From Malacoraja senta (lineage: Eukaryota), in contig CM075998.1 of the NCBI GenBank assembly GCA_038087875.1, forward strand, positions 3,598,001 to 3,662,000: a stretch of 64,000 nt of DNA, written 5' to 3'. A model generated the notes under the pieces. The model saw only the letters and a list, made by a program, of their open reading frames with translations. It was not told the origin of the DNA and ran no database searches. Every line of letters starts with the position of its first letter. Position 1 is the first letter of the stretch. The translations under genes were made by a program, and so were the position numbers. Positions 13,850 through 26,760 of this stretch are shown here, piece after piece.

Positions 13850-16262
13850 TAAAGTCACAGTGGGGAAAGTGGTGCCACAATTACCGCGAGATACGTGCTA
13901 ATGACTGTGAGTTGGGTTATGTGACTTCTGCTCAATGGATCATATTACCTTGGAGAAAACGTTTAGTTTAGTTTAGTTTAGAGATACAGCACGGAAACAG
14001 GCCCTTCAGCCCAGCGAGTCCGTGCCGACCAGCGATCCCCGCACACCATCACCATCCTACACACACGAGGGACAATTTACAATTTTTACCCAAGCCAATC
14101 AGCCTACAAACCCATACGTCTTTGGAGTGCGGGAGGAAACCGGAGCACCCGGAGAAAACCCACGCAGGTCACGGGGAGAACGTGCAAACTCCGTACAGAC
14201 AGCACCCGTAGTCGGGATGGAACCCGGGTCTCTGGCGCTGTGAGGCAGCAACTCTACCGCTGCTGTGCCACCGTGCCGTCCCTACTGTTTATGTTGAGAG
14301 ATACAGCGTGGAAACAGGCCCCTCGGCCCACCAAATCCACGCCGACCAGCGATCAGCCGTTCCCACTAGTTTCCACGTCATCCCACTTTCTGATGGAGTA
14401 AAGGGGAGATAGCTGGTGGGAAGAGGTGAGGGGAAGGGGTGGGAAAAGAAATGGCAAGTGATAGGTGGATACAGGTGAGAGGGGGGTAGGTGATCGGCAG
14501 ATCGGTGGAGTAAGTGACAAAGGCCGGTGGTGAAATGGAGCCAAAAGTCCTTAAAAAAAAAATAGAATTATAGAGTCATCCAGCACAGAAACCAGGCCCT
14601 TCGGCCCACCCTGTCCATGGCGGCCATTGTATTTATCCATACTAGTCCCATTGATAATTAATGAATTCCCACCCTCCAGGCTGTTGCTACCGTTGTGAGT
14701 TGGGCCTCTGCTCCATTTGGGTGGAAGTTCTGGATTCCTACTGTTGACCAATTGATTTAGTTTAGTTTAGAGATACAGCGTGATAACAGGCCCTTCGGCC
14801 CTCCGAGTGCGCGCTGACCAGCGATTACTCCGACTCACTATTCCCATCGACCCCGAAGCTCAGAGGGACCTGGATTGATGGCTAAGCAACGTATGGGGTC
14901 TCAATGAATAGTTCGATCCTCCCCACAGTAGGGACAAATTACAATTTTACCATAGTCAATTAACCCGCAAACCTGTACGTCTTAAGCTGTTCCACCAAAC
15001 TAAATTAAAACTAAACTAAACTAAAGATAGACACAAAAAGCTGGAGTAACTCTGAAGAAAGGTCTCAACCCGAAACGTCACCTATTCCTTCTCTCCAGAG
15101 ATGCTGCCGGTCCCGCTGAGTGACTCCAGCTTTTTGTGTCTATCTTCGGTTTAAACCACCATCTGCAGTTCCTTCCTCAACCAAACTAAAGACGTACCTT
15201 CGTCGCACTTGCGCCCAGCCTTTGACTTCAGCAGCCGAATGCAAAGGTGTATTTTGCTTTAGTTATTAATTGCCGTGACTTTGCCTACAGCGAGTGGTAA
15301 CATAATAATGGCCCCGCTCCACATTGCAGGAGTCCATGCTGAGGGACACACTGAAGCCTCGTGCAGACCACGCCAAGGCTCTGTGGGGGAGGATCACAGT
15401 CTAGGGTCCTTCCTCTGCTGCACATTGGGGGGGCAGAGTCCGGTGGGGACACCCCTCACACAGGGGGAAGGGAGATCACCCCAGGGGGCCACAAGCGTAT
15501 CGAGGGTGGCGGGTAAAATATTTGTGAACAATAGACAATAGAGATAATAGACAATAGACAACAGGTGCAGGAGTAGGCCATTCGGCCCTTCGAGCCAGCA
15601 CCGCCATTCAATATGATCATGGCTGATCATCCCCAATCAGTACCCCGTTCCTGCCTTCTCCCCATATCCCCTGACTCCGCTATCTTTAAGAGCCCTATCT
15701 AGCTCTCTCTTGAAATGAAAGCATCCAGAGAACCGGCCTCCACCGCCCTCTGAGGCAGAGAGTTCCACAGACTCACCACTCTCTGTGAGAAAAAGTGTTT
15801 CCTCATCTCCGTTCTAAATGGCTTACTCCTTATTCTTAAACTGTGGCCCTGGTTCTGGACTCCCCCAACATCGGGAACATGTTTCCTGCCTCTAGCGTGT
15901 CCAAACCCTTAACAATCTTATATGTTTCAATGAGATATCCTCTCATCCTTCTAAACTCCAGAGTGTACAAGCCCAGCCGCTCCATTCTCTCAGCATATGA
16001 CAGTCCCGTCATCCCGGGAATTAACCTTGTAAACCTACGCTGCACTCCCTCAATAGCAAGAATGTCCTTCCTCAAATTAGGGGACCAAAACTGCACACAA
16101 TACTCCAGGTGTGGTCTCACTAGGGCTCTGTACAACTTTACGATATCCGAGAATGTCGGAAGAATTATTGCCCAGTTCTAATTTTGCTTTGTATTCTACA
16201 ATTTTTTTTAAAATGTTGAATGATTTGATTTTTTAAAATATGCTACTTTTTTTTCGCCTCAG

Positions 16263-16410
16263 ATTTCCGAGCCCTCAGCTGCCGGCTCTGGGCAGCATCC
16301 CGAGTCTCATTGGAGATACAGTGGCGATTACCTTCGTTGGCTATGCTGTGTCTGTATCGCTGGCCATGATATATGCGGACAAGCACAGATACACCATCGA
16401 CCCCAACCAG
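16263..16410 (+). CDS. slc26a10: slc26a10 coding exon 7 (148 bp)
   Basis: AG/GT bounded. FPSPQLPALGSIPSLIGDTVAITFVGYAVSVSLAMIYADKHRYTIDPNQ. Confidence 0.95.
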
Positions 16411-16889
16411 GTGCGTAATCCCAGGTTACAGAGCGTTCCCTCAATGCCATGTTAAGAAGGAACTGCAGATGCTGGAAAATCGAAGGTAGACATAAATGCT
16501 GGAGAAACTCAGCGGGTGAGGCAGCGTCTATGGAGCGAAGGAAATAGGCAACGTTTCCGGGTCGAGACCCTTCGGTCTCGACCCGAAACGTTGCCTATTT
16601 CCGAAGGGTCTTGACCCGAAACGTTGCCAATTTCCTTCACTCCATAGATACTGCCTCACCCGCTGAGTTTCTCCAGCATTTTTGTCTACCTTCAATGCCA
16701 TTGTAGTGTTTTAGTTGCAATGACAAGTCCTTAAAACAAAGCTAATTTCCGCATCTCCAATGGAAATGGTGATGAGGAGGTTCAGTTTGGTTTAGGGACA
16801 CCAGATGCTGGTTCAGACCGAAGATAGACACAAGATGCTGGAGTAACTCAGCGGGACAGGCAGCATCTCTGGAGAGAAGGGATGGGTGA

Positions 16890-17870
16890 CTATAGCTCAG
16901 GCCCTCTGACGATACACAACTCTATCTCCCCCTGAAGCCCAAAAACCAATCAAATCTGCTTAACCTTACCCACTGCCTCGAGGATATAAAGTGTTGGATG
17001 GCCCAGAACTTCCTCCAACTAAACGAGAGTAAGTCTGAGGTCATCCTTTCTCGGCCCTCGTGGCTCAATCAAAATGATAGCAGGCAGCCTTGGAAGCCTT
17101 ACCCCACTACTCAGACATCACGTCAAAAACCTTGGCGTGATATTTGACTCAGCACTGGAATTTGACAAACAAGTCAATGCCGTGGTAAAGCTAGCTTCTT
17201 TCAGCTTCGGACGATAGCTCTAAATAAAAACATTCCTCCAGTTTGATGACCTGGAAAAGATCATCCACACATTCATCTCCTCCCGCCTAGATTACGGCAA
17301 CTCCCTTTACACTGGCATCAGCCAATCTTCCATGTCCTGCCTGCAACTGGTCCAAAACGCCGCAGCGAGACTCCTGACTGGCACCCGAAAAAGGGACCAC
17401 ATCACCCGACCCTGGCCTCTCTCCACTGGCTCCCTGTGCGGTTCCGTACAAACTTCAAGATCCTCCTCCATGTCTACAAAGCCCTCAATGGGCTTGCCCC
17501 CACCTACATTAAAAGTCTTCTCACCCACCACACCACCTCCAGGCCCTCAGATCGGCCAACTTGGGGTTGCTGAATATCCACGGTCTAGGCATAAGCTCAG
17601 GGGCGACCGGGGCCTTTGCGGTTGCAGCCCCTAGACTGTGGAACAGCATCCCTTTCCCATCAGAACTGTCCCCTCCATCGACTCCTTTAAGTCAAGACTA
17701 AAAACGTATCTATACTCCCAAGCCTTTCTTGACGTCCTCTGAGTGAGGGCTATATGTATATATGTATGTAGTTTGTTTGTTTGTACTATTCTTATAACAA
17801 ATGATAAAGCACTTTGGCCAACGAGAGTTGTTTTTAAATGTGCTATATAAATAAATGTGGCTTGACTCTA
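16890..17870 (+). mobile_element. L2-clade LINE 3' fragment; second 3' copy at about 47625-48062
   Basis: VKNLGVIFDS, SRLDYGNSL, LQLVQNAAARLLTG..RDHIT motifs, frameshifted. Confidence 0.85.
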
Positions 17871-18760
17871 GTCCTGGCAACAACCTTGTATATCTTCTCT
17901 GTACCATTTCAGCTTGACAACATCTTTTCTGGGCACCATGTTACAGGAAAGATGTCGTCGAGCTGCAAAGAGTGCAGAGAAGATTTACGAGGATGTTGCC
18001 AGACTAGAGGGTCTGAGCTAGAGGGAGAGGTGAGCAGGCTGGGACTCTATTCCCTGGGGCGCAGGAGGATGAGGGGCGATCTTATAGAGGTGTATAAAAT
18101 CACGAGAGGAATAGATCGGGTAGACGCACAGAGTCTCGTGCCCAGAGTAGGGGAATCAAGGACCAGAGGACACAGGTTTAATATGAAGGAGAAAAAATTT
18201 AATAGGAATCTGAGAGGTAACTTTCTCACTCAAAGGGTGGTGGGTGTATGGAACGAGCTGCCAGAGGGGGTAGTTAGGCTGACTATCCCATCGTTTAAGA
18301 AACAGTTAGACAGGTACATGGATAGGACAAGTTTGGAGGGATATGGACCAAGCGCAGGCAAGTGGGACTAGTGTAGCTGGAACAAGCTGCCCAGAGGATG
18401 TAGTTGAGGCTGGGACTATCCCAACGTTTAAGAAACAGTTAGACAGGTACATGGATAGGACAGGTTTGGAGGGATCTGGACCAAGCGCAGGCATGTGGGA
18501 CTAGTGTAGCTGTAACAAGCTGCCAGAGGAGGTAGTTGAGGCTGGGACTATCCCAACGTTTAAGAAACAGTTAGACAGGTACATGGATAGGACAGATTTA
18601 GAGGGATATGGACCAAGTGCTGGCAGGTGGGACTAGTGTAGCTGGGACATTGTTGGCCGGTGTGGGCGAGTTGGGCCGAAGGCCTGTTTCCACCCTGTAT
18701 CACGCTATGACCCTTCTTTAGACTGCAGCCTTCAGACTTATTTCTGTCTCTATTCCACAG

Positions 18761-18874
18761 GAGCTGCTAGCCCATGGCATTTCCAACACCATCTCCTCCC
18801 TCTTCACCTGTTTCCCAAGCTCAGCTTCCCTGGCTACCAGTAACATCCTCGAAAGCGCAGGCAGCCACACACAG
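18761..18874 (+). CDS. slc26a10: slc26a10 coding exon 8 (114 bp)
   Basis: CAG/GTGAG bounded. ELLAHGISNTISSLFTCFPSSASLATSNILESAGSHTQ; the NQE motif spans the exon 7/8 junction. Confidence 0.95.
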
Positions 18875-20930
18875 GTGAGAGCTCAGAGAAGTTCAAGGCC
18901 GCGGGGGCCTGAGAGATGACGACACCGTACCAACGCTCGCCATTGCTTAAACCTCGGGCGTGGTTGTGGGAGAAGGCAGCTCTGAGTGAACGAAGAAGCT
19001 TTGTTCATCATGGAAGAACATTCCCTCAAGAGCAATGCTCAGTGAATGCACAGAAGTGATCATCTACAGGAAGACATAGAAACATAGAAAATAGGTGCAG
19101 GAGGAGGCCATTCGGCCCTTCGAGCCAGCACCGCAAATTCATTGTGATCATGGCTGATCGTCCCCAATCAATAACCCGTGCCTGCCTTCTCTCCATATCC
19201 CATGATTCCACTAGCCCCCAAGAGCTCTATCTACCTCTCTCTTAAATCCATCCAGTGACTTGGGCCTCCACTGCCCTCTGTGGCAGGGAATTCCACAAAT
19301 TCACAACTCTCTGGGTGAAAACGTTTTTTCTCACCATCAGTCTTAAATGGCCTCCCCTTTATTCTAAGACTGTGGCCCCTGGTTCTGGACTGGCCCAACA
19401 TTGGGAACATTTTTCCTGCATCTAGCTTGTCCAGTCCTTTTATAATTTTATATGTTTCTATAAGATCCCCCCCTCATCCTTCTAAACACCAGTGAACACA
19501 AGCCTAGCCTTTTCCATCTTTCCTCATTTGACAGTCCCGCCATCCCAGGGATGAATCTCGTGAACCTACGCTGCACTGCCTCAATCACAAGGATGTCCTT
19601 CCTCAAATTAGGAAGACAAAGATATACCGTAAATAAGTTTATAAGTTCTTGGAGCAGGATGAGGCCACTCGGCCCATCAAGTCTACTCCGCCATCCAATC
19701 ATGGCTGATCTATCTCTTCCTCCAAACCCCATTCTCCTGCCTTCTCCCCATAACCCCTGACACCCGTACTAATCAAGACTCTATTAATCTCCACCTTAAA
19801 AATATCTGCTTGACTTGACCTCCACAGGCGTCTGTGGCAATGAATTCCACAGATTCACCACCCTCTGACTAAAGAAATTCCTCCTCATCTCCTTTCTAAA
19901 GATACGTCTTTTAATTCTGAGGCTGTGACCTCTGGTCCTCGACTCTCCCACCAGTGGAAACATCCTCTCCACATCCACTCTATCCAGGCCTTTCACTATT
20001 CCTGTACGTTTCAATGAGGTCTCCCCTCGTCCTTCTAAACTCTGGCGAGTACAGGCCCAGTGCCGTCAAACGCTCATCAGAAGTAACCCACTCATTCCAG
20101 GGATCATTCATGTAAACCTCCTCTGGACCCTCTCCAGAGCCGGCACATCCTTCCTCAGATACCGCCTTAAATATGGCGTTTGGCCCATATCCTCCAAACC
20201 TGTCCTATCCATGTCCCTGTCTAACTGTTTCTTAAACGTTGTGATAGTCCCAGCCTCAACTACCTCGTCTGGCAGCTCGTTCCATACACCCACACCCTCT
20301 GTGTGAGAAAGTTACCCCTCAGATTCCTATTTAAATCTTTTCCCCTTCACCTTGAACCTGTGTCCTCTGGTCCTCGATTCCCCTACTCTGTGCAAGAGAA
20401 CTGTGTGTCTACCCGATCTATTCCTCCCATGATATGGTCTAACCAGCACCTTATAAAGAAAGCCTCAGCATTACATCCTTGCTTTTTATTTTGGACCCTC
20501 AAAGTCAATGCTAGAATTGCCTTTGTGTTCCTGACCACCGACTCAACGTGTGATTTGACCTTTTTGGGAATCCAGTGATTGCGTAGAGAAAATGCATTGG
20601 TGCTCCGAGACGGGGGATTTTTCGTTATTTTTCCTTGATGCGATGGTCCTTGCTGGCTCACTGCTCGGGCAGCTGGGAGACCCGGGTTCGATCCCGACTA
20701 CGGGCGCTGTCTGCGCGGAGTTTGCACGTTCTCCCCGTGACCGGCGTGGGTTTTCTCCGAGATCTCAGCCTCCTCCCACTGCAGGTTTGCCGGTTAATTG
20801 GTGTCAATTTGTAAATTGTCCCTAGTGTGTGTAGGATGTGTTAGTCGCTGGTCGGCGCGGACGCGGTGGCCGAAGTTTCCGCGCTGTATCTCTAAACTAA
20901 ACAATGTCAGCATTAGAATAAGGTGGGAGC

Positions 20931-21413
20931 CACACCAACGATAAAAATGTGGATTTCAAATATGTCCGAAATGTTACACCTGGAAGACATGGGATTCCTC
21001 CTAGCAGGCAAATCAGACCATTTCCAAAAGGTTTGGTCTCCATTATCCATTATTACAAGCACAGGGTGCAACATAACTGAAAATAAATGGTTTCAGGACC
21101 TGGTGAGGGGTGTGTAAAGATACAAAGTAGGTACGTCCCTTTTTATCTTATATCTTCTGTTCTCTATTTTTCTCTTTCTTTTTCTTTGGTTTTCTTTTTA
21201 ATTCTTTCTCGTGGTTTACGGTCCATACGGGTTTCTCTTGACCACTCTTTCACGCACTCACTATCTTATCTAACTCTCTCTGTCTTCTTTTTAAAAGTTT
21301 AAAACAAGAAGTGGTACAGGAAATGTATTATGTTATTTTTGGCTGATATCACTGCAATGTACATTACTTCTAATAAATAAAATATTTTAAAAAAAAGAAG
21401 AAAAAAAAAGAAG
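20931..21413 (+). mobile_element. L1-like 3' end insertion
   Basis: TPTIKMWISNMSEMLHLE...FQKVWSP remnant, AATAAA and A-rich tail, 11-bp TSD AAGGTGGGAGC. Confidence 0.75.
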
Positions 21414-21501
21414 AAGGTGGGAGCAAATGGTCGGGGCCAATTGAGCTATCCAGGTGGAAGAAGCACTCTACTTAATTCTCTGGTATGTTTTGACCTTACA
21501 G

Positions 21502-21579
21502 CTCGCTGGCGTTTTCACGTGTCTCGTTGTCTTGGTGGTGTTGCTTCTGATCGGCCGCTGTTTTTACTTCCTACCCAAG
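21502..21579 (+). CDS. slc26a10: slc26a10 coding exon 9 (78 bp), last visible exon
   Basis: CAG/GT bounded. LAGVFTCLVVLVVLLLIGRCFYFLPK, against a family pattern of IGPLFYxLPK. Confidence 0.93.
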
Positions 21580-22340
21580 GTACGCAAACTAAACCGATCG
21601 TTTAAACCCCTTCCGACACATGGCCCCAAAATACATTTCAATAGACAATAGACGCAGGAGTAGGCCATTCAGCCCTTCGAACCAGCACCGCCATTCAATG
21701 TGATCATGGCTGATCATCCCCAATCAGTACCCGTCCTGCCTTCTCCCCATATCCCCTGACTCCGCTATCTTAAGAACTCTATCTAATGGCCCTGTTAGGG
21801 GACCAAAACTTCACACAATACTCCAGGTGTGTTCTCACTAGGGCTCTGTACAACTGCAGAAGGACCTCTTTGCTCCTATACTCGACTCCTCTTGTTAAAA
21901 GGCCAACATGCCATTCGCTTTCTTCACTGCCTGCTGTACCTGCATGCTTACTTTCATAGACTGATGTACAAGGACCCCCAGATCCCGTTGTACTTCCCCT
22001 TTTTCTCCAACTTGACGCCATTTAGATAGTAATCTGCCTTCCTGTTTTTGATAGTCCGAGGGTCTCCAGTGAGGTGGATAGTGGTTCCGCACTGCTCTCT
22101 GGTTGTGGTAGGGACCGTTCAGTTGCCTGATAACAGCTGGGAAGAAACTGTCCCTGAATCTGGAGGTGTGTGTGTGTGTTTTCACACTTCTGTACCTCTT
22201 GCCTCCGCCTTCTCCGTCCAGGAGAAACAGCCTTTCCAGTTTCTCCTCGTAACTGAAACACTCCATCCCAAGCAAGCAGGCCCTGGTGAATCCCCCCCAC
22301 ACCCTCTCCAGTATCTCTATCGCGTGCTGACCAGGTGGTT

Positions 22341-22540
22341 NNNNNNNNNNNNNNNNNNNNNNNNNNNNNNNNNNNNNNNNNNNNNNNNNNNNNNNNNNNN
22401 NNNNNNNNNNNNNNNNNNNNNNNNNNNNNNNNNNNNNNNNNNNNNNNNNNNNNNNNNNNNNNNNNNNNNNNNNNNNNNNNNNNNNNNNNNNNNNNNNNNN
22501 NNNNNNNNNNNNNNNNNNNNNNNNNNNNNNNNNNNNNNNN
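22341..22540. other. Assembly gap (200 N)
   Basis: Run of exactly 200 N. A round number indicates a placeholder scaffold join of unknown true size. Confidence 0.99.
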
Positions 22541-23339
22541 CCTTCGGCCCACCGAGTCTGCGCCGACCAGCGATCCCCACACACTAACGCTATCCTAAAC
22601 ACACTAGGGACAATTTTACACTTACACCAAGCCGATTTACCGACATATCCGAAGATCTCAGAGAAAGCCCACGGGGTCACGGGGAGAACGTGCAAACTCC
22701 GTACAGACAGCACCCGTAGTCGGGATCGAACCCGGGCGCTGCAAGCGCTGTGAGGCAGCAACTCTACCGCTGCGCCACCCTGCCTTATACCTTATCCTTT
22801 ATACACTTCCATCATTGTGTACGCTCGTTTTCCAGGTTCAAGAACAACAGCTTCTTCCCAACAACCATCAGGCTCTTGAACACTACAAACACCAACCAAA
22901 CTATGAACTATAAGCACTAAGGACTTCGGGCTTTAGGTATTTCAAGGTATTTTTTAAATTATTTTTTATTAGTCACATTCACATACACCCAGGTGTAGTG
23001 AAGTGAAATGCTTTTTGCCATTATGCAGCACACAAAAAAGAGAATACAGACACAACACCAAGATAGTCTTAACACTGAACATCCCCCCACAATGGCTCCC
23101 ACCATGAGGGAAGGCACAATGTCCAGTCCCCAACCCCAGTTCACCCATAGTCGGGCCCATTGAGGCCTCCACAGTTGCCTCTACGGAGGCCCGATGTTCC
23201 AGGCCGTTCTCGCCGGGTGATGCATTAATTTGGGGGTTTTAATTATTTAATTGATTTTTTTGTTCATTACGTTATATAGAAGTGTGTTACAGGCCTGTTG
23301 AGCTGCATCAAGTTCGAATTTCATTGTTCCATTGTCGGG

Positions 23340-23451
23340 CAGTGTGTGCGTGTGTGTGTGGGGGGTGGTTAGTGTGTGTGTGACGCCACAGGCCGCCCCA
23401 CCACAACCGCACGTTGAGGGAACAGGACCCAACGGGTCCCCCTTGGTCTAG
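23340..23451 (+). mobile_element. Helitron 3' end fragment
   Basis: GGACCC-AAC-GGGTCC hairpin at 23425-23439, CTAG at 23448-23451, followed by T. Confidence 0.7.
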
Positions 23452-24596
23452 TGACAATTAAATGCTCTTGACTATGATCAGCACAGGACAATAGACAATA
23501 GACAATAAACAATAGACAATAGGTGCAGGAGTAGGCCATTTGGCCCTTCGACCCAGCACCGCCATTCAATATGATCATGGCTGATCATCCCCCAATCAGT
23601 ACCCCGTTCCTGCCTTCTCCCCATATCCCCTGACTCCGCTATTTTTAAGAGCCCTATCTAGCTCTCTCTTGAAAGCATCCAGAGAACCCGCCTCCACCGC
23701 CCTCTGAGGCAGAGAATTCCACAGACTCACCACTCTCTGTGAGAAAAAGTGTTTCCTCGTCTCCGTTCTAAATGGCTTACTCCTTATTCTTAGATTGTGG
23801 CCCCTGGTTCTGGACTCCAACATCGGGAACATGTTTCCTGCCTCTAGTGTGTCCAAGCCCTTAACAATCTTATATGTTTCAATGAGATCCCCTCTCATCC
23901 TTCTAAACTCCAGAGTGTACAAGCCCAGCTGCTCCATTCTCTCAGCATATGACAGTCCCGCCATCCCAGGAATTAACCTTGTAAACCTACGCTGCTCTCC
24001 CTCAATAGCAAGAATGTCCTTCCTCAAATTAGGGAACAAAACTGTACACAATACTCCAGGTGTGGTCTCACTAGGGCTCTGTACAACTGCAGAAGGACCT
24101 CTTTACTCCTATATTCGATTCCTCTTGTTATAAAGGCCAACATGCCATTCGCTTTCTTAGGTGGAGACATCATCAGCTGACAGTGCCAGTCGACCATTAT
24201 GGCTCCTTGAGCCTAATCTGCCAATCCATTCGATTATGGCTGATCCTGTGACTGCTTAATCTCCTTTCCCTTTGAGTCAAAGCTTCTACCTCGGCCTTCA
24301 ATACTCTCATAGTTTCAGAGGTTCTAGGAAAAGAATTAGGCCATTCAGCCCATCAAGTCTACTCCGTCATTCAATCTCGACTGATCTATCTCTCCCAACC
24401 CCATTCTCCTGCCTTCTCCCATAGCACCATGATACCCGTACTAATCAAGAATCTGTCAACCTCTGCCTTAAAAGTACACATTGACTTGGCCTCCACAGCT
24501 GTCTGTGGCAGTGAATTCCACAGATTCACCACCCTCCGACAAAATAAATTCCTCCTCAACTCCTTTCTAAATGTATGTCCTTTTATTCTTCTTTGT

Positions 24597-25203
24597 CACT
24601 CTTCCTCATGCTCGTGAGTGGTCTCCGCATACTCGTGGCCTCAAGTAGGTTGCGGCGTTTTTTCCAGCCTGATAAAAAATGTCCACGAGTAAAAAAAAAG
24701 TCGGCATGGATAAACATTGATGATTTTTACTCGTAGGTAGGTCGTAGGTAGGTCATAGGTAGGTCGTTATGGTAGTCGTAGGTAGTCGTAAGTCGGTAAC
24801 TGGCCCGAGAAAAAAATGCAAACATGGCATCATTTGATCATGTGATCATTTTCCACTCGTAGCTAGTCGTAGTTGGTCTTAGGTGCGGAAGACTGAGGTC
24901 GAGGGAGGTCGTAGGAGGTCGTAGACATAGTCGTAGGAGGTCGTAGACATAGTCGTAGGAGGACGTAGACATAGTCGTACGAGGTCGTAGACATAGTCGT
25001 AGGATGTCGTAGACATAGTCGTACGAGGTCGTAGACATAGTCGTAGGAGGTCGTAGACATAGTCGTAGGAGGTCGTAGACATAGTCGTAGGAGGTCGTCG
25101 GAGGTCTTTTACTTCGGCGAGTCAACACGACCGTGACATTTTTTTCAACTCGTCTAGGGCCTTCTAAACTCGTGGATTAGGTCGTCCAAGTGGGACAGGC
25201 CCT
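24597..25203 (-). mobile_element. Same MITE subfamily as 30633-31225, one end truncated, with 8 minisatellite units
   Basis: Reverse-complement homology to 30633-31120. TIR AAGTGGGACAGGCCCT followed by TTA. Confidence 0.85.
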
Positions 25204-25624
25204 TTACAACGCTATGTACGACAGTGATCGCAACTTCTACTGAAGTGTGGATGGCCGTTGGCTCGCGAGGAGCTCATCCGCCCTTTGACAGGTCTTGTTT
25301 TTGGCCCTCCTGGGGGTCCACAGCCCCCTCCTCACCTGGCAAACCAGGTGGGGTGACGGTTTAGTCGCCGACTATCCGACCATGGAGCAGGTAGCACGGG
25401 ATTACATGGTACCCGTGGTGGGGGGAACTCCCCCCGACCTGACCTAAAACGGAAGGACCGTTTCGACATCTGATAAAAATGGGAAGAAGGTATTAGAGTC
25501 ATAGAGAGATACAGTGTGGAAACAGGCCCTTTGGCCCAACTCGCCCACACCGGCCAACAAAGTCCCAGCTACCCTAGTTCCACTTGCCTACGCTTGGTCC
25601 ATAACCCTCCAAACCTGTCCTATT

Positions 25625-25920
25625 CTCTCTGTCCTGTGCCTCCACCATGGCCAGAGTGAGCACCACCGGAAATTGGAGGAGCAGCACCTCAGTCGGTCAG
25701 TGGGCAGTCTGCACCCTAGCGGCATAACCATTGAATTCTCCTCGCTCTCCTCCCCTTCTCAGCTCTCCCTCAGCCCTCAGGCTCCTCCTCTTCCTTTTTC
25801 CTTTCTTCTCCCCACCCTACATCAGTCTGAAGAAGGGTTTTGGCCCAAAACGGTGCCTATTTCCTTCGCTCCATAGATGCTGCTGCACCCGCTGAGTTTC
25901 TCCAGCACTTTTGTCTACCT
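25625..25920 (+). mobile_element. Penelope-like 3' fragment with terminal repeat
   Basis: HRKLEEQHL remnant followed by CTGAAGAAGGG... terminal repeat. Confidence 0.75.
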
Positions 25921-26760
25921 GTCATATCCATGCACCTGTCCAACTGTTTCTTAAATGATGGGATAGTCCCAGCCTCAACTACCTCCTCTGGCAGCTCGTT
26001 CCATTCACCCACCACCCTCTGTGAGAAAAATTTACCCCTCGGATTCCTATTAAATCTTTTCCCCTTCACCTTGAACCTATGTCCTCCGGTCCTCGATTCC
26101 CCTACTCTGGGAAAAAGACTCTACCCGATCTATTCTTCTCACGATTTTGTAAACATTTTGTGCTCTAGTCGCCCATCTGATTAGTCACATCCGGAAAACG
26201 GATTGCTTTCTCTGGAGGGAACATCACATGTGCTGTGAAGCAGGATTGTTCTATTTGGAGAAAAGGAAGAAAGCGGGAGAGGAGAGAGGGCAGGATTCAC
26301 ACAGGGAATGCGCGAGCCAGAAAACGTACCTATTTATAGAAAAGTAATTAACGTTCGAATTATAAGTCTCAGACAGAATATTTCAAACAGGCGCTAGAAT
26401 GAGGTGCAGTTTGGATATGATTCTCGAGACGTCACCCCATGTTCTTTCCGCCCCAAAATGCCATTGGTTTTCAGATCCATCATCTCAGATAGGCAGATGG
26501 ATATGCAGGGAATGGAGGGATATGGATCACGTGCAGGCAGAGGGCATTAGTTTAACTTGGAATCATGTTCGGCATGGACTGCTCGTGCCCTGTACTGTTT
26601 GAGGTCCTGGGTTTGTTTAGAGCTTGAATGAACTCATGGTCAATTTGGATTTTGCAGCATTTAATGAATTCTAACTTCCATAAATGTATCAAACTCTGTT
26701 GCTTCATGTACATCATTTCACAATCTTTATCTCTGTGTCTCCCTCTCCCCTGACATCTGT

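Noticed and set aside
21895..22761. Long ORFs spanning 22 kb
   Set aside because: They read through the N gap and join unrelated repeat fragments.
24838..25128. Repetitive protein ORFs (MSTTSYDYVYDL...)
   Set aside because: Translation of a 22-bp minisatellite inside a MITE.
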